Positions 10,049-19,688 of a stretch of DNA of 40,295 bases are shown one piece after another. The position numbers and the translations under genes are program-made. The notes under the pieces are model-generated. The model was given only the letters and a program-made list of their open reading frames with translations. It ran no database searches and was not told the DNA's origin. Source of the DNA: a virus (Duplodnaviria > Caudoviricetes); IMG/VR virus record IMGVR_UViG_3300038530_001416, positions 1 through 40,295 of that record, one strand, 5' to 3'. The stretch's first letter is position 1. Each line of letters opens with the position of its first letter.

Positions 10049-10053
10049 CTAAA

Positions 10054-10287
10054 TCATCCCCAAGGATTGTTTGGTGTTCTAGGCTTCTTTCTCTTCGGAA
10101 GTAGGATAGCATCAGGAATATCTGAACTATCAGGTGATTTCTTCTCAACGGTGGTTTGCTTGTCTACTCCACCGACTGAGTAATCCCTGTTCTTAGTAGC
10201 ACTCCTACTATGATGAGCATACTGCTCTGCTCTTGCATTCGCCAATTCTTTCTCCAACTCTCTTACTCCTTTCTTTTCTTCTGTCAT
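10054..10287 (-). CDS. Hypothetical protein
   Basis: ATGA overlap; GGAGG RBS. Confidence 0.7.
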   Translation of the reverse strand: MTEEKKGVRELEKELANARAEQYAHHSRSATKNRDYSVGGVDKQTTVEKKSPDSSDIPDAILLPKRKKPRTPNNPWG

Positions 10288-10403
10288 TTCTTTTCCTCCC
10301 TTAATTGTTTGAAATCTTCTGCATCAATGTCTCCATCTTTGTCCTTGTCAAGTTTTTTCTGTCCACCAATCAATTTTTTTCTCAATGTGTCTCTCCAATT
10401 CAT
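10284..10403 (-). CDS. 39-aa EF-hand-loop peptide with W-tag (not in the ORF track)
   Basis: Manual translation MNWRDTLRKKLIGGQKKLDKDKDGDIDAEDFKQLREEKK; DxDxDG loop; fills the gap exactly. Confidence 0.75.
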   Translation of the reverse strand: MNWRDTLRKKLIGGQKKLDKDKDGDIDAEDFKQLREEKK

Positions 10404-10408
10404 CTATT

Positions 10409-10711
10409 TCACCACTTTACTTTATCTGCCCAATATGCAGCAGAGGTCTTCCCACGCTTGATGTTCTTAGCATGACGAGCCTTGAACGAAGCCCTTTTCT
10501 TTTTTCTCTTTCCCTTTGGGTTTTTCTCAGTTACTGTATCAGCACCTTGTTGCCCAAATCTAATTGTTTTAACTTTCTTACCATCTCTAACAACCACTAC
10601 ATGTGATTTAGTAGGATGCTTAGGTGTCCTCTTTGGTTTGCTGAAACCACTCACACCTACTCTCTTCAAAGCAGGATGCTTTTCTCTCTTTAGAGCGTCA
10701 AACCAATTCAT
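10409..10711 (-). CDS. Highly basic protein with W-tag (MNWFDALK)
   Basis: K/R-rich; KTIRFGQQG...SFKARH...SAAYWA motif; GAGGT RBS. Confidence 0.75.
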   Translation of the reverse strand: MNWFDALKREKHPALKRVGVSGFSKPKRTPKHPTKSHVVVVRDGKKVKTIRFGQQGADTVTEKNPKGKRKKKRASFKARHAKNIKRGKTSAAYWADKVKW

Positions 10712-10716
10712 TTACC

Positions 10717-11430
10717 TCACCTATTCCTTATTCTAGACATAAGTAACTGTCTGATTTCATCCTTGTAAAACTCCTTTGCTTCCTCAAGAGCATCTCTAAA
10801 ATCATTCACTTTTTTATCAACATCAAAATCCTTGTAGTTTGTATGGTCTATTATTTTGCTATGACCATATATTCCTGAGTTCTTAGCAGCCCTTTCATAC
10901 ACCTTTCTAAAGACTCTACCAGTAGCAGTAGTTGTTCCTAAATCAGTTATCTTATTCAGTGGCTTGTAATCATCTACTCCAAAACCGTCTACATACTTGA
11001 GAAATTCCTGTATGACTACATTTCTCTTGTTCATGAATTCATCCTTTACTTTTTTTGCCTCTTCTTTCAATGGTCTTAAGGCTCTTCTTTCTTCTCTTCT
11101 TCTTCTGCTAATTTCTGTATTTAATTTAGAGAGTCTTCTTTTGAGAGTATTATATTCTTTTGTGGCGTTTTCAATTTCACGCATTCTATCCTTGCCATCA
11201 CTAACGGTAAACCTAAAGTTCATTCTTTCTATTTCACGCATTCTATTTTCTATTTGTCTAATCTCTGATTCGGTGTCATCAATTTTCAAAGTATCAAACC
11301 AATCCATTGACTTCTTGTAGCCTGAAGCATAAGCGGCGGCTGCTTGTCTCTCAGCATCCTTGCGGTTGCGATAGACCTTGCCCTTCTTGCCCCACTTGTA
11401 TCCTCCTTTGACTCTACGAATTGGCATCAT
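10717..11430 (-). CDS. Basic N-terminal module, internal W-tag and coiled-coil protein
   Basis: Basic peptide MPIRRVKGGYKWG... followed by KSMDWFDTLK. Confidence 0.75.
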   Translation of the reverse strand: MMPIRRVKGGYKWGKKGKVYRNRKDAERQAAAAYASGYKKSMDWFDTLKIDDTESEIRQIENRMREIERMNFRFTVSDGKDRMREIENATKEYNTLKRRLSKLNTEISRRRREERRALRPLKEEAKKVKDEFMNKRNVVIQEFLKYVDGFGVDDYKPLNKITDLGTTTATGRVFRKVYERAAKNSGIYGHSKIIDHTNYKDFDVDKKVNDFRDALEEAKEFYKDEIRQLLMSRIRNR

Positions 11431-11726
11431 AATCCCTCTACTCTTTGGTAGACCTTTTTTCCTGCTTTTGTTCTAGGAACATGTTGCTTACCTTTCTTTC
11501 TACCTTCTCTTTTCTTTCTGTTTTCTGCGGCTCTTTGTTTGGGGGTTAGTGACTCAGCGACTGCTCTAGGTGCATATCTTCCTTTCTTGCCTTTTCCTCC
11601 CATGTCTACCCAATCTTCATCTCCCCATTCTACAAGAGCCTGTTGACCACGCTTCAGATTTTTCTTTTTTTTCCTACGCCTAAGTTTTTTCTTATTGGCC
11701 TTAAGCAAGTCGAACCAATTAGTCAC
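11427..11726 (-). CDS. Highly basic protein with W-tag (MTNWFDLLK)
   Basis: Probable GTG start at 11726 with AGGTGG RBS; K/R-rich. Confidence 0.7.
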   Translation of the reverse strand: MTNWFDLLKANKKKLRRRKKKKNLKRGQQALVEWGDEDWVDMGGKGKKGRYAPRAVAESLTPKQRAAENRKKREGRKKGKQHVPRTKAGKKVYQRVEGL

Positions 11727-11943
11727 GGTATCCACCACCTGCTTTCTTGTATCTTGCAGCAAGCAACTGTGCTTTTCTTGCAGACCATTGACCTTTTCTA
11801 CCGCCTTTGCTACCTGCTTTAATTCTCTGAAACATCCTCTTTCTCATACCGGGTTTGGTATAGTTACCTGCGGCATTGACGTTTGACTTCTTTCTTTTCT
11901 TACGAGCCTTCTTCTTTCTCTTCAGAACATCCTGCCAAGTCAT
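11719..11943 (-). CDS. Highly basic protein with W-tag (MTWQDVLK)
   Basis: K/R-rich; NYTKP...GQWSARKAQ...YKKAGGGY. Confidence 0.75.
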   Translation of the reverse strand: MTWQDVLKRKKKARKKRKKSNVNAAGNYTKPGMRKRMFQRIKAGSKGGRKGQWSARKAQLLAARYKKAGGGYRD

Positions 11944-12044
11944 TTCTCTCCCTCCAAGTATTTCCGTAGTCTTTCATCTGTTTCTGCATTGAGTCTGTCT
12001 ATCTCTTCCTTCCACTTTCTGACAAACTCAAGTATGTCGCTCAA
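11940..12044 (-). CDS. 34-aa helical peptide (not in the ORF track)
   Basis: TTG start overlapping the portal stop; MSDILEFVRKWKEEIDRLNAETDERLRKYLEGEK; stop overlaps the next ATG. Confidence 0.55.
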   Translation of the reverse strand: MSDILEFVRKWKEEIDRLNAETDERLRKYLEGEK

Positions 12045-13720
12045 CCTACTCTCCTCTCTGTTCTTGAATCAACATTCTGATTACCTGCTTCTTGTGGTAA
12101 TCCTGTAAATCTCTTATCAGGGCCAGTTTCCATAGATGGTTTGTTCCTAGTTGCAGGTGGGTTTTCTTGCGGTTTGCTTCCGCCTAGTAGTTGTTGTTCT
12201 TGTAACTGCCCTAATTGACTAGCATCAATATCCGTACCTGCGAATGGGTCAGTCTCCACCTTTTCCTCTCCCTCTTTCTTTGGCCCTTGTTGTTCAGGTT
12301 TTGGCTCAGGCTTCTTGAAAGTGAATCTACCTTTGTCATCCATGTCAACTTCAAAACCAAGATTCTTGATTGACGCTGCTACATTAACTTCAATCTCTCT
12401 CTTTCTCAGTTTGGCAATCTCATCCTCTTCCTCTGAGGGTGGCAATACCAACTTCCAATCGGTAATGCCAAATTCTTCAGTCATGAATGGGAAGACATAG
12501 TTGTTCCAAATCGTCTGAGCCATTTCAACTGCTCTGTTGGTTACGAGTATCTGCATACCCTCGTTGTTCAAACCACCACTTGCAGAGTTGTCTGCCATGA
12601 AGATTTTACTTACTCCGTAGAATGCAGCGATTCTATCTCTCAAGTCTTCCTTGACTTGTATGTAATCCATCTCCTTGATACTATCCATGAAGTTGACCCA
12701 CTCAACAGAACCCTTTCCACCTTCAGACTCTATACCCATAACTGGTATGAAGTGAGGGTCTTGTTCCATCTTCTCCTTGACACCTCGCCAAAATGACTTC
12801 ATGGATTCCATGTTTCTCGTTTGAACTGCAAGTATTCCTCTTGGCTTCCTAGCCTTTGTGTATGCAGAATTGACATAGTTCTCCATTGCTATCAGAGTAG
12901 TTATGTGATTCCACATTGTCATGACAGGAGACCTGCCATACAATCTAGAGGGGGAGTATTTACTGAAGTGCAGTACCTCTCCCTCAATGAAAGCCTGTTC
13001 CTTTCCGTTTGCTCTGTTTACATAATGTACTGGATGTAGGTCAGAACCACACAAGTCACAAACTGCCGATGGGTCTTTCGTGATTTGGTCACGATGAGTT
13101 AAGCATGTATATCCTTCATGCCCTCTCTCCCCATTGTCATCTGCATATATGTGCATACTAACAGGGTCTCCACGATAGACTTCCTTGATTCGATGCATAC
13201 GAATATCTCCGTTTCCATCTACATAGTATTCCTTGACCATTACTAGATATGCATCATCCATAATGTTCAGGTCATCTTCAAGTTCCTTGAGAACGTCAAT
13301 GAATAATTGTTCTGACTTATTGACATAGCCATCTAGTAAGTCATGAATATACTTTAGTTGGTTTCGGTCAGGTTTTACCAAGTTAGTGCTTCCACATTCT
13401 ACACACTCTAATGTTGGTTGTTGATGTTCCCTACCACAATCCCCGCACTTCGCTGTGAACTTTTCTTCCCAAGTATAGCCTCTTCTGAATACCTCGTTCT
13501 TCAATTGGGTTATACACGTTCTAGTTATCACAGACTGGTATGCTATGTGATATACAATAGGGCCAGTTATGAGATAGGCTGTATCTTTCTCTTGTATCCC
13601 CGGATTGTATATTGTTCTGTCTTCAGGCTTTGGTGTCGTTCTTCGTGTCAACCTATTGAATGGGTTAACTCGTTGGAACAAGGTGACTCTTTTTTCTTCT
13701 ACCATTTTACTCATCCTCAT
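12041..13720 (-). CDS. Portal protein with zinc-ribbon insertions
   Basis: Portal pattern EVLHF...LYGRSPV...PRGIL...RIAAFYGVS; position between TerL and the protease; CxxC pairs. Confidence 0.9.
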   Translation of the reverse strand: MRMSKMVEEKRVTLFQRVNPFNRLTRRTTPKPEDRTIYNPGIQEKDTAYLITGPIVYHIAYQSVITRTCITQLKNEVFRRGYTWEEKFTAKCGDCGREHQQPTLECVECGSTNLVKPDRNQLKYIHDLLDGYVNKSEQLFIDVLKELEDDLNIMDDAYLVMVKEYYVDGNGDIRMHRIKEVYRGDPVSMHIYADDNGERGHEGYTCLTHRDQITKDPSAVCDLCGSDLHPVHYVNRANGKEQAFIEGEVLHFSKYSPSRLYGRSPVMTMWNHITTLIAMENYVNSAYTKARKPRGILAVQTRNMESMKSFWRGVKEKMEQDPHFIPVMGIESEGGKGSVEWVNFMDSIKEMDYIQVKEDLRDRIAAFYGVSKIFMADNSASGGLNNEGMQILVTNRAVEMAQTIWNNYVFPFMTEEFGITDWKLVLPPSEEEDEIAKLRKREIEVNVAASIKNLGFEVDMDDKGRFTFKKPEPKPEQQGPKKEGEEKVETDPFAGTDIDASQLGQLQEQQLLGGSKPQENPPATRNKPSMETGPDKRFTGLPQEAGNQNVDSRTERRVG

Positions 13721-15044
13721 TCTTTGCTATGGATTCTAATTTATCCATCTCGCTAGTCTTGTTATTGTCATAGTATTTCGCAACAGTGTCTATGTCTATT
13801 TCGTATTTACCGAAATCATAGTTCTTATCGTCTTTGTGGTTTTCGTATTTCATGAGTTTGAACAACTCTACTTTCCTAGCATTATACCAAGATGCCTTCT
13901 TATGGCTCTTCTTCATTCTCATCAATTCTAATAATATGTCTGCGTTTCTTTTCTTCAGTTTGAAATGAGGCAGACACTTCGTTAGAAGTTCTGTCACTTC
14001 AGCCTGTGAGTAAAAATTGAGCCTGTTAATTGGTTTAGTGTCCTGTGGAGATTTTTGGTCTAGATGTAGTCTTCCAATACCTAGAGACTTTTTCATCTCC
14101 AACATAAATGCCTTTCCTCTGTCTCCGGTTGCGACTAGTCCTACTCTTGGGTTGTGGTTCTTATCCATTGTAATATAGCCATCCGAGTCAATGAATGCAG
14201 CAGTATATGCATAGATATCTTTCTTGATATCATCACTCATCTTGTATAATGCCCCATTGACATTTGTTATGTTCTCAGATTTAGCCAACTTTGAGATTAT
14301 GGTAGGGGAGGTTTTTCTCGCCAAGTTCTTTGGTAGTCTGTCATGGATTTGTCGTGGGGAGACACCTTGCTCTTCACAAACTAAACGTGTTATGTGTCTC
14401 TTCAGTATCTCTTTTGGCCCAATATTAACCATGTACTTGTTTACTATATCTCCGAACTCTCTCTTGCTAACAGACATTTCTTTGGTTAACTTTGCATATT
14501 CTTCATTGAAGGGCATACCGCTTCTCTCAAGTTTACTTTCCCAATACTTGCAGAGTGAATCTATGATATTTCTTCGTACATCTTCTTCGTATACCATTGA
14601 GAGTTTGATTAACTTCTCCTCATCGTAACTCATATCTTTTAGTGCAGGTTTGTACTTTCTTAGCCAGTAGATTTTATCTATGCTTTTATCCAAATGGTCT
14701 GAATAAGACTCAATCAAGTTTGATATTGATTTCGTTACTGCTATCTTTTCCTCTCCCTTGAGAGACCTTCTGTATTCCCTAAGTTCCTTGATTAGCAAAG
14801 GAATGTCCTTTCCCTCTATCTCATATTTCTTCAGATTAGTAGACAGGTGTTTCTGAGCATCGCTCAGTGTTAGTCTATGTTCCTCTGCGAACTTCTTCTC
14901 AATATCAGTATGACTAGCGATTGGCTGCTCTGATAGCCAAGACCTCTTCAGTTCATCAGTGATTCTTTTTCTCTGTTCTTGGAGTGCTTCCTCTTGGTCA
15001 GCAAGTTCTGCTGCTTCCCTGAGTTTGTCTCCTTTTTCACCCAT
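13707..15044 (-). CDS. LAGLIDADG endonuclease-domain protein with long helical/wHTH N-terminal region
   Basis: YTAAFIDSDGYI motif and downstream LLTKCLPHFKLKK, typical of a single LAGLIDADG domain. Confidence 0.8.
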   Translation of the reverse strand: MGEKGDKLREAAELADQEEALQEQRKRITDELKRSWLSEQPIASHTDIEKKFAEEHRLTLSDAQKHLSTNLKKYEIEGKDIPLLIKELREYRRSLKGEEKIAVTKSISNLIESYSDHLDKSIDKIYWLRKYKPALKDMSYDEEKLIKLSMVYEEDVRRNIIDSLCKYWESKLERSGMPFNEEYAKLTKEMSVSKREFGDIVNKYMVNIGPKEILKRHITRLVCEEQGVSPRQIHDRLPKNLARKTSPTIISKLAKSENITNVNGALYKMSDDIKKDIYAYTAAFIDSDGYITMDKNHNPRVGLVATGDRGKAFMLEMKKSLGIGRLHLDQKSPQDTKPINRLNFYSQAEVTELLTKCLPHFKLKKRNADILLELMRMKKSHKKASWYNARKVELFKLMKYENHKDDKNYDFGKYEIDIDTVAKYYDNNKTSEMDKLESIAKNEDE

Positions 15045-15053
15045 GTCTAAACC

Positions 15054-16487
15054 TCAAAAATTCAAGCCGAGTATCCCCGGCATACTACTCCGAATAGTAG
15101 AGGGTTCATCAAAGATGTCCAAATCATCTAGCAGAATGAACTGTTCTCCTGTTCCTTGTGAAGCCGCATTAGCGAGGGCCAAACTCATCACTAAATCGTC
15201 ATGTGCGCCAACTCCCTCAAACTTGCCACTAGCAGTGATTGAGAACATCGATAGTTCTTCTATCAGCGCATTAGTAAGTCTTCTACTTGCATTGTCACCA
15301 TACGGCATGATTATCTTCTGATTCTCTATATTCATTTGGAGATTTAGAATTATCTCCTGTTTCTTCTTTCTAGTTGTATTGAAATCCCTGACATTCAAAT
15401 CTGTCATATTCTTCAATTCTTGTGTGAATGCCTTTGCGAAGGTGTTGGTCTCAAACAAGATTTCCTCCGGTTCAAACACCTTACCAATCAGTCGTATCTT
15501 CTCTATGTTTTCTCTGAACTCGATGTTCTTTGCCCTATCGACATGAACGATTGCCTTATTTTGCTCATCATCTACTTCTAGAACGGTGATGACATTGTAA
15601 TCGCCATCAGTAGAAATAGCAGGGTCAACACCGACATAGTATCTGTATCCCTTGTCTTTTCTGTTCCCCAACTTCAAAACAAATTCTTTGTTCTTGCACT
15701 TCTCTATGAACTCAGGATTGAATAGTGCAGTGCCTGTTGATATCGGTACACAAAGATACTCTCTTGTAAACTTGAGAGAACCTATCTCAGCCTTCCTCTG
15801 CATGAGTGCATCGAAATCCCAACGTTCCGGCCAAAGGGGTTCATTCAATGCATTCAGACATGGATACTTTGTTACAGTATATGCTTCATTCTCCTCTAAT
15901 TGTGCAAAGATGTCAGTGTAAGTAAACGGCGTTCCAATCATTCTCAACTTAGATGTGTGATGTAGAGTTGGAATCATATCTCCAAAGAACCAATCGGTTA
16001 CTCTCTGAATACCAGCGAGACTGAACTCCTTCAAGGGGTCGTCAATGATAATCTCCTGCGGGTGAAGACCACGAATCTGAGAACCAACGGAACGCTCTAA
16101 AATCGCATTACCGTTGGTTAGTTGAATATTACCGATTGCCCATCCACGACTAGGCTTGTATTTTTTCAGTGCTGGATGGTTGAAGTATCTATCAATCTCC
16201 CTCATGTGAACCAATGTCTGTTTTTGGTTAGAGGAGATGTAAAGCATCTGATATGGAGGTTCTTGAAAGATTAGATTCCAAACTACCCAACAATGCATGA
16301 AAACTGATTTTCCGTGGTCTCTTGAACAAATGATAACAGTTCTATCCGTCTTCTCCATTCCATCTAACCATTCTTCCATATATGGTGGAAACATCATTCC
16401 CAATACATTCTTGAAGAAGTATGGAAAGGAGTTCTTTGATAACTCCATATCCATAGAAGACATGAAATCTAGATTATCTACTTCCAT
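15054..16487 (-). CDS. terL: Terminase large subunit
   Basis: Walker A SRDHGKS, Walker B IIIDD, GTP coupling motif, RNase H-like nuclease VGVDPA...HDDLVMSLALA; likely start at MEVDN. Confidence 0.93.
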   Translation of the reverse strand: MEVDNLDFMSSMDMELSKNSFPYFFKNVLGMMFPPYMEEWLDGMEKTDRTVIICSRDHGKSVFMHCWVVWNLIFQEPPYQMLYISSNQKQTLVHMREIDRYFNHPALKKYKPSRGWAIGNIQLTNGNAILERSVGSQIRGLHPQEIIIDDPLKEFSLAGIQRVTDWFFGDMIPTLHHTSKLRMIGTPFTYTDIFAQLEENEAYTVTKYPCLNALNEPLWPERWDFDALMQRKAEIGSLKFTREYLCVPISTGTALFNPEFIEKCKNKEFVLKLGNRKDKGYRYYVGVDPAISTDGDYNVITVLEVDDEQNKAIVHVDRAKNIEFRENIEKIRLIGKVFEPEEILFETNTFAKAFTQELKNMTDLNVRDFNTTRKKKQEIILNLQMNIENQKIIMPYGDNASRRLTNALIEELSMFSITASGKFEGVGAHDDLVMSLALANAASQGTGEQFILLDDLDIFDEPSTIRSSMPGILGLNF

Positions 16488-17050
16488 GAGAAATCCCCCT
16501 TGTATAGTATAGACCAAGCCTTCGCCATAGGTTTAGAGCCAATAGGGAGTAGCATCCAATTGTCTCCATATCTTTTTCTATGGTATTCTAAGACCTCAGA
16601 AGGAATAGCAAGTTTATCCTCTTCGCTAATCTCTGAGTCTTCGGGTGAGTCAATCCAACCAGTTCTTGTCCACTTGCTCTTCCAGTCTCCTGAACCCATT
16701 GACTTAGTATTGACAGCAACTAATGCTGGTTTGTTCATTGAGGAATACTTATCATTCCTCTTTGTGATGAGTCTGTTCGCTACTCCTTTTCTGCGATAGT
16801 CTTGGTGGACACTCATTCCTGCACTTACTATGAACTTACCATTATCTTCAAAACCGCCAAAGGCTATTGGTTTATCACCATCAAAAGCAACGTAGTATAG
16901 AGGATTATTGCTAGAGTATTTGTTACCTCCCCAATCCCTTCTAGGTCTGAAGCCGTTCTTTCTAGGCCAATCCCTAGCATCACCATGAAACTCTCTCATC
17001 AGGTCTAGCATCTCGTCTTCAGAATACAACCTTGAGGAAATAGTTACCAT
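16478..17050 (-). CDS. GNAT-family acetyltransferase
   Basis: Acetyl-CoA binding motif VHQDYRRKGVANRL; YYVAFDGDKPIAFG. Confidence 0.85.
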   Translation of the reverse strand: MVTISSRLYSEDEMLDLMREFHGDARDWPRKNGFRPRRDWGGNKYSSNNPLYYVAFDGDKPIAFGGFEDNGKFIVSAGMSVHQDYRRKGVANRLITKRNDKYSSMNKPALVAVNTKSMGSGDWKSKWTRTGWIDSPEDSEISEEDKLAIPSEVLEYHRKRYGDNWMLLPIGSKPMAKAWSILYKGDFSWK

Positions 17051-17054
17051 TCTA

Positions 17055-19679
17055 TCACCTGTGTATTGCTTTGAGGTAATAGACCCCCTCTGTTGATATT
17101 CCGTACTTGCTACTGAGATTCTGCATTGAATCTATCTCAGAGACAATCCCCTCCACTTCCATAGCAGTCAAATCAGTGTTGAACTTTGACTTCATGATTG
17201 AGATGGTCTCCTGCATATCATCAAAATCATTGACGGAACTTATTCCATAGTATAGGGGCTTTTTCATCATCTTCCTTATAGTGTCATGAGCATGTAGATA
17301 CTTTACCTCCATCTCACTCTTGATGATGTCCAGTTTATCCTCTATTCTTTTCATTCTAGAGATGAGTGAAGGATATTGACCTCCGTATTGTCTGTATAGA
17401 TTCTCGTTTAGTAGTATGTGATAATACAACGCTGCGAATGGATAGATAGTGCTGGATGATTTATCGTATTCATCCTTCCAGAATTTTAGTTTCTTTTTCT
17501 CTCCTATCCCAAATTCTATGTCTGTACTGATACTGTTCCTACTTAGGATACTATATCCTAGATTTCCAAACTCTATACTTACTGCTCTACTATCATCGCC
17601 TTTGAAAACCTCATCGACTGCCAATGCGGTATTTCGCAATAGTCGCATAAAGGAATCAACGTTTTGTGAGGATACTGGTTTTGATAGTGCTTGTAGAACA
17701 GTGACAACACTACCCATGCTAGACTCATCTAATAGTATTCCATCTATGTTTGACCTCTGTAAACTTAGCATTGTCAGGAAGGCATTGCTATTCTTTCTTC
17801 TTGAACCCAAGATAGTTAGAGTGGTGGTATCCATCCATTCAAATCTTCGTGCTAATGGTCTTGAGTCTGAGGTAGCGGGTTGAACAAAGTAATCATTGAT
17901 TTTATCTAGCAAGTTCTCATAGACCTTTTGGAGATTGTAATTCACTACTTTCTCAGTTTTCTTACCATCTTCTTCAGTCGTTTCAGTTATTTTTACATCG
18001 GCATTTAGTTTGTCCAACTGACTTCTCATTCTTCCTTTCGATGGTAAAGCCACTCCTGTTTCTTTCGCACCCGGAAGAGCGACTCCCTCAACTACTTCTC
18101 TTTGACGGACACCTATACCTGTGCCTCTTTCAGCCTCCTGTCCGGCAGAGATGAATTTTGAAATATTATCCAAGTATTTCCGTATTGCATTTGTTTTGCT
18201 TTTCGGCGGGTCTTTATCGAACCTTATTCTACCTATCAATTCCTCTTGGTAAGGTAGGAAGAAATCTCCATCCGAGATTACTGTCTTCATTTTGATATCC
18301 TTCATGTACCTATCCAACTCTCTCAGAGCAGAGTTACTTAGTTCTAGCATGATAGCGGTTTTCTTGACACGATTCGTTAGTCTCTGCAAGTCTCCTTTCA
18401 TGGCAGGGGTTATCTTGAACCCTGCACTTCCTGTTTCATATGCGTAGGCGTAGAGTGGGTCTAGTTTGATATCAAGTATGTTAGATTCAATCAGGTCACG
18501 AAATCTTTCTATCTTATTTACAGTGACTATGTTTTCTTGACCAACAGCACTATCCATCTCACCTGTAAATGAGACAGCCCCAGTTTCCTTATCTCTTTTA
18601 GGCGCAGCCGTTTGACCAGTGGATGATTCTTCTGTTTGAGAAAAGCCACTAGATGTGGTATACCTCTCAGGAGGTGCTTCTCTTATGGCATCCAAGAAGT
18701 TGTCCAATGCCTCTAACGACTTGTCCTTACTGTCGATGGTGGTGCTTTTTACCGATTCATACTTGAATACATATTTGAGGTCAGAAGGATTCGCACTCTC
18801 AAAGGCATTAATGTATTTGATTAACTCACTAGGAGTCTCAGGTTTCTTCCTGTCTTCCTCGGTGAATGCTTGGCTCAATCCTTCCTTGAATTGATTGTGC
18901 GCTGTGACAAAAGCCTCATACTTTTCATTTATTCCTTCCCAATACTTGTATATCTTCTGTCTGTTTACGGTGAATCTCAAATCCCCCTTTGAAATGAACT
19001 CCTGTAAAACATCACTTGGCTGAGTTATTCTTGAACCACTTACAAGTGACCTCTCAAGCATTGCCACTAGAGGAGATAGTTTTTGACTTTCTGAGTGTTC
19101 CTTGAAGAACTCTATCGCCTTCTTCCTATCCAACTCAGGTGCGTCTGAATCTAGTATGAGGTTTCTACCATCTATCGATGCTGAACTCAAAGCAGATAGT
19201 GTCAAATCCCTTCCAGTTTTCCTGTTTGAGAACAGACCCAAATATTCAGCCATAAGCCTTCTCTCACCAGTAGAACCCTCTTCAGCACGACTCTGAGTTG
19301 GCTTAGTCATCTTCAAGCCATACTTCTCTATCAGTTTCTGAACCATTTGTCCTCTGATTGTCGATGGTATGGTGCTGAATCCCGGATATTTGATTTGCAA
19401 CCTTTCGACTATCTCCTTACCTGCTGCGACATTGCTTAGTGTCGAGATGTAAGTTTGCAGTTTTATGGAGTTATCAACATCATCCCTAGTTAAGAGAGGC
19501 GATGTCAAAACTTTTGATTTGGGGTCTTTCGTTCCAATCATCTCACCAACGTCATTCTGTTCAAGATAGTTAACCAAGAGATTAGGGTCATTGATTGTCT
19601 TAACAAACTCCCTAGCAGTTCTCCTATCACTGAAAGCCTTAATCCCATTTTCTAAGAAGTTACCAAATTCCTCGCTCAT
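17055..19679 (-). CDS. Large hypothetical protein (874 aa), possible internal virion/ejection protein
   Basis: Long ORF with GAGGT RBS; no recognisable motif. Confidence 0.8.
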   Translation of the reverse strand: MSEEFGNFLENGIKAFSDRRTAREFVKTINDPNLLVNYLEQNDVGEMIGTKDPKSKVLTSPLLTRDDVDNSIKLQTYISTLSNVAAGKEIVERLQIKYPGFSTIPSTIRGQMVQKLIEKYGLKMTKPTQSRAEEGSTGERRLMAEYLGLFSNRKTGRDLTLSALSSASIDGRNLILDSDAPELDRKKAIEFFKEHSESQKLSPLVAMLERSLVSGSRITQPSDVLQEFISKGDLRFTVNRQKIYKYWEGINEKYEAFVTAHNQFKEGLSQAFTEEDRKKPETPSELIKYINAFESANPSDLKYVFKYESVKSTTIDSKDKSLEALDNFLDAIREAPPERYTTSSGFSQTEESSTGQTAAPKRDKETGAVSFTGEMDSAVGQENIVTVNKIERFRDLIESNILDIKLDPLYAYAYETGSAGFKITPAMKGDLQRLTNRVKKTAIMLELSNSALRELDRYMKDIKMKTVISDGDFFLPYQEELIGRIRFDKDPPKSKTNAIRKYLDNISKFISAGQEAERGTGIGVRQREVVEGVALPGAKETGVALPSKGRMRSQLDKLNADVKITETTEEDGKKTEKVVNYNLQKVYENLLDKINDYFVQPATSDSRPLARRFEWMDTTTLTILGSRRKNSNAFLTMLSLQRSNIDGILLDESSMGSVVTVLQALSKPVSSQNVDSFMRLLRNTALAVDEVFKGDDSRAVSIEFGNLGYSILSRNSISTDIEFGIGEKKKLKFWKDEYDKSSSTIYPFAALYYHILLNENLYRQYGGQYPSLISRMKRIEDKLDIIKSEMEVKYLHAHDTIRKMMKKPLYYGISSVNDFDDMQETISIMKSKFNTDLTAMEVEGIVSEIDSMQNLSSKYGISTEGVYYLKAIHR

Positions 19680-19688
19680 TTCAATACC

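Noticed and set aside
13707-16487. Group I intron or intein associated with the LAGLIDADG ORF or TerL
   Set aside because: TerL and portal look complete and uninterrupted, there is no room for an intron core, and no intein splice motifs are present
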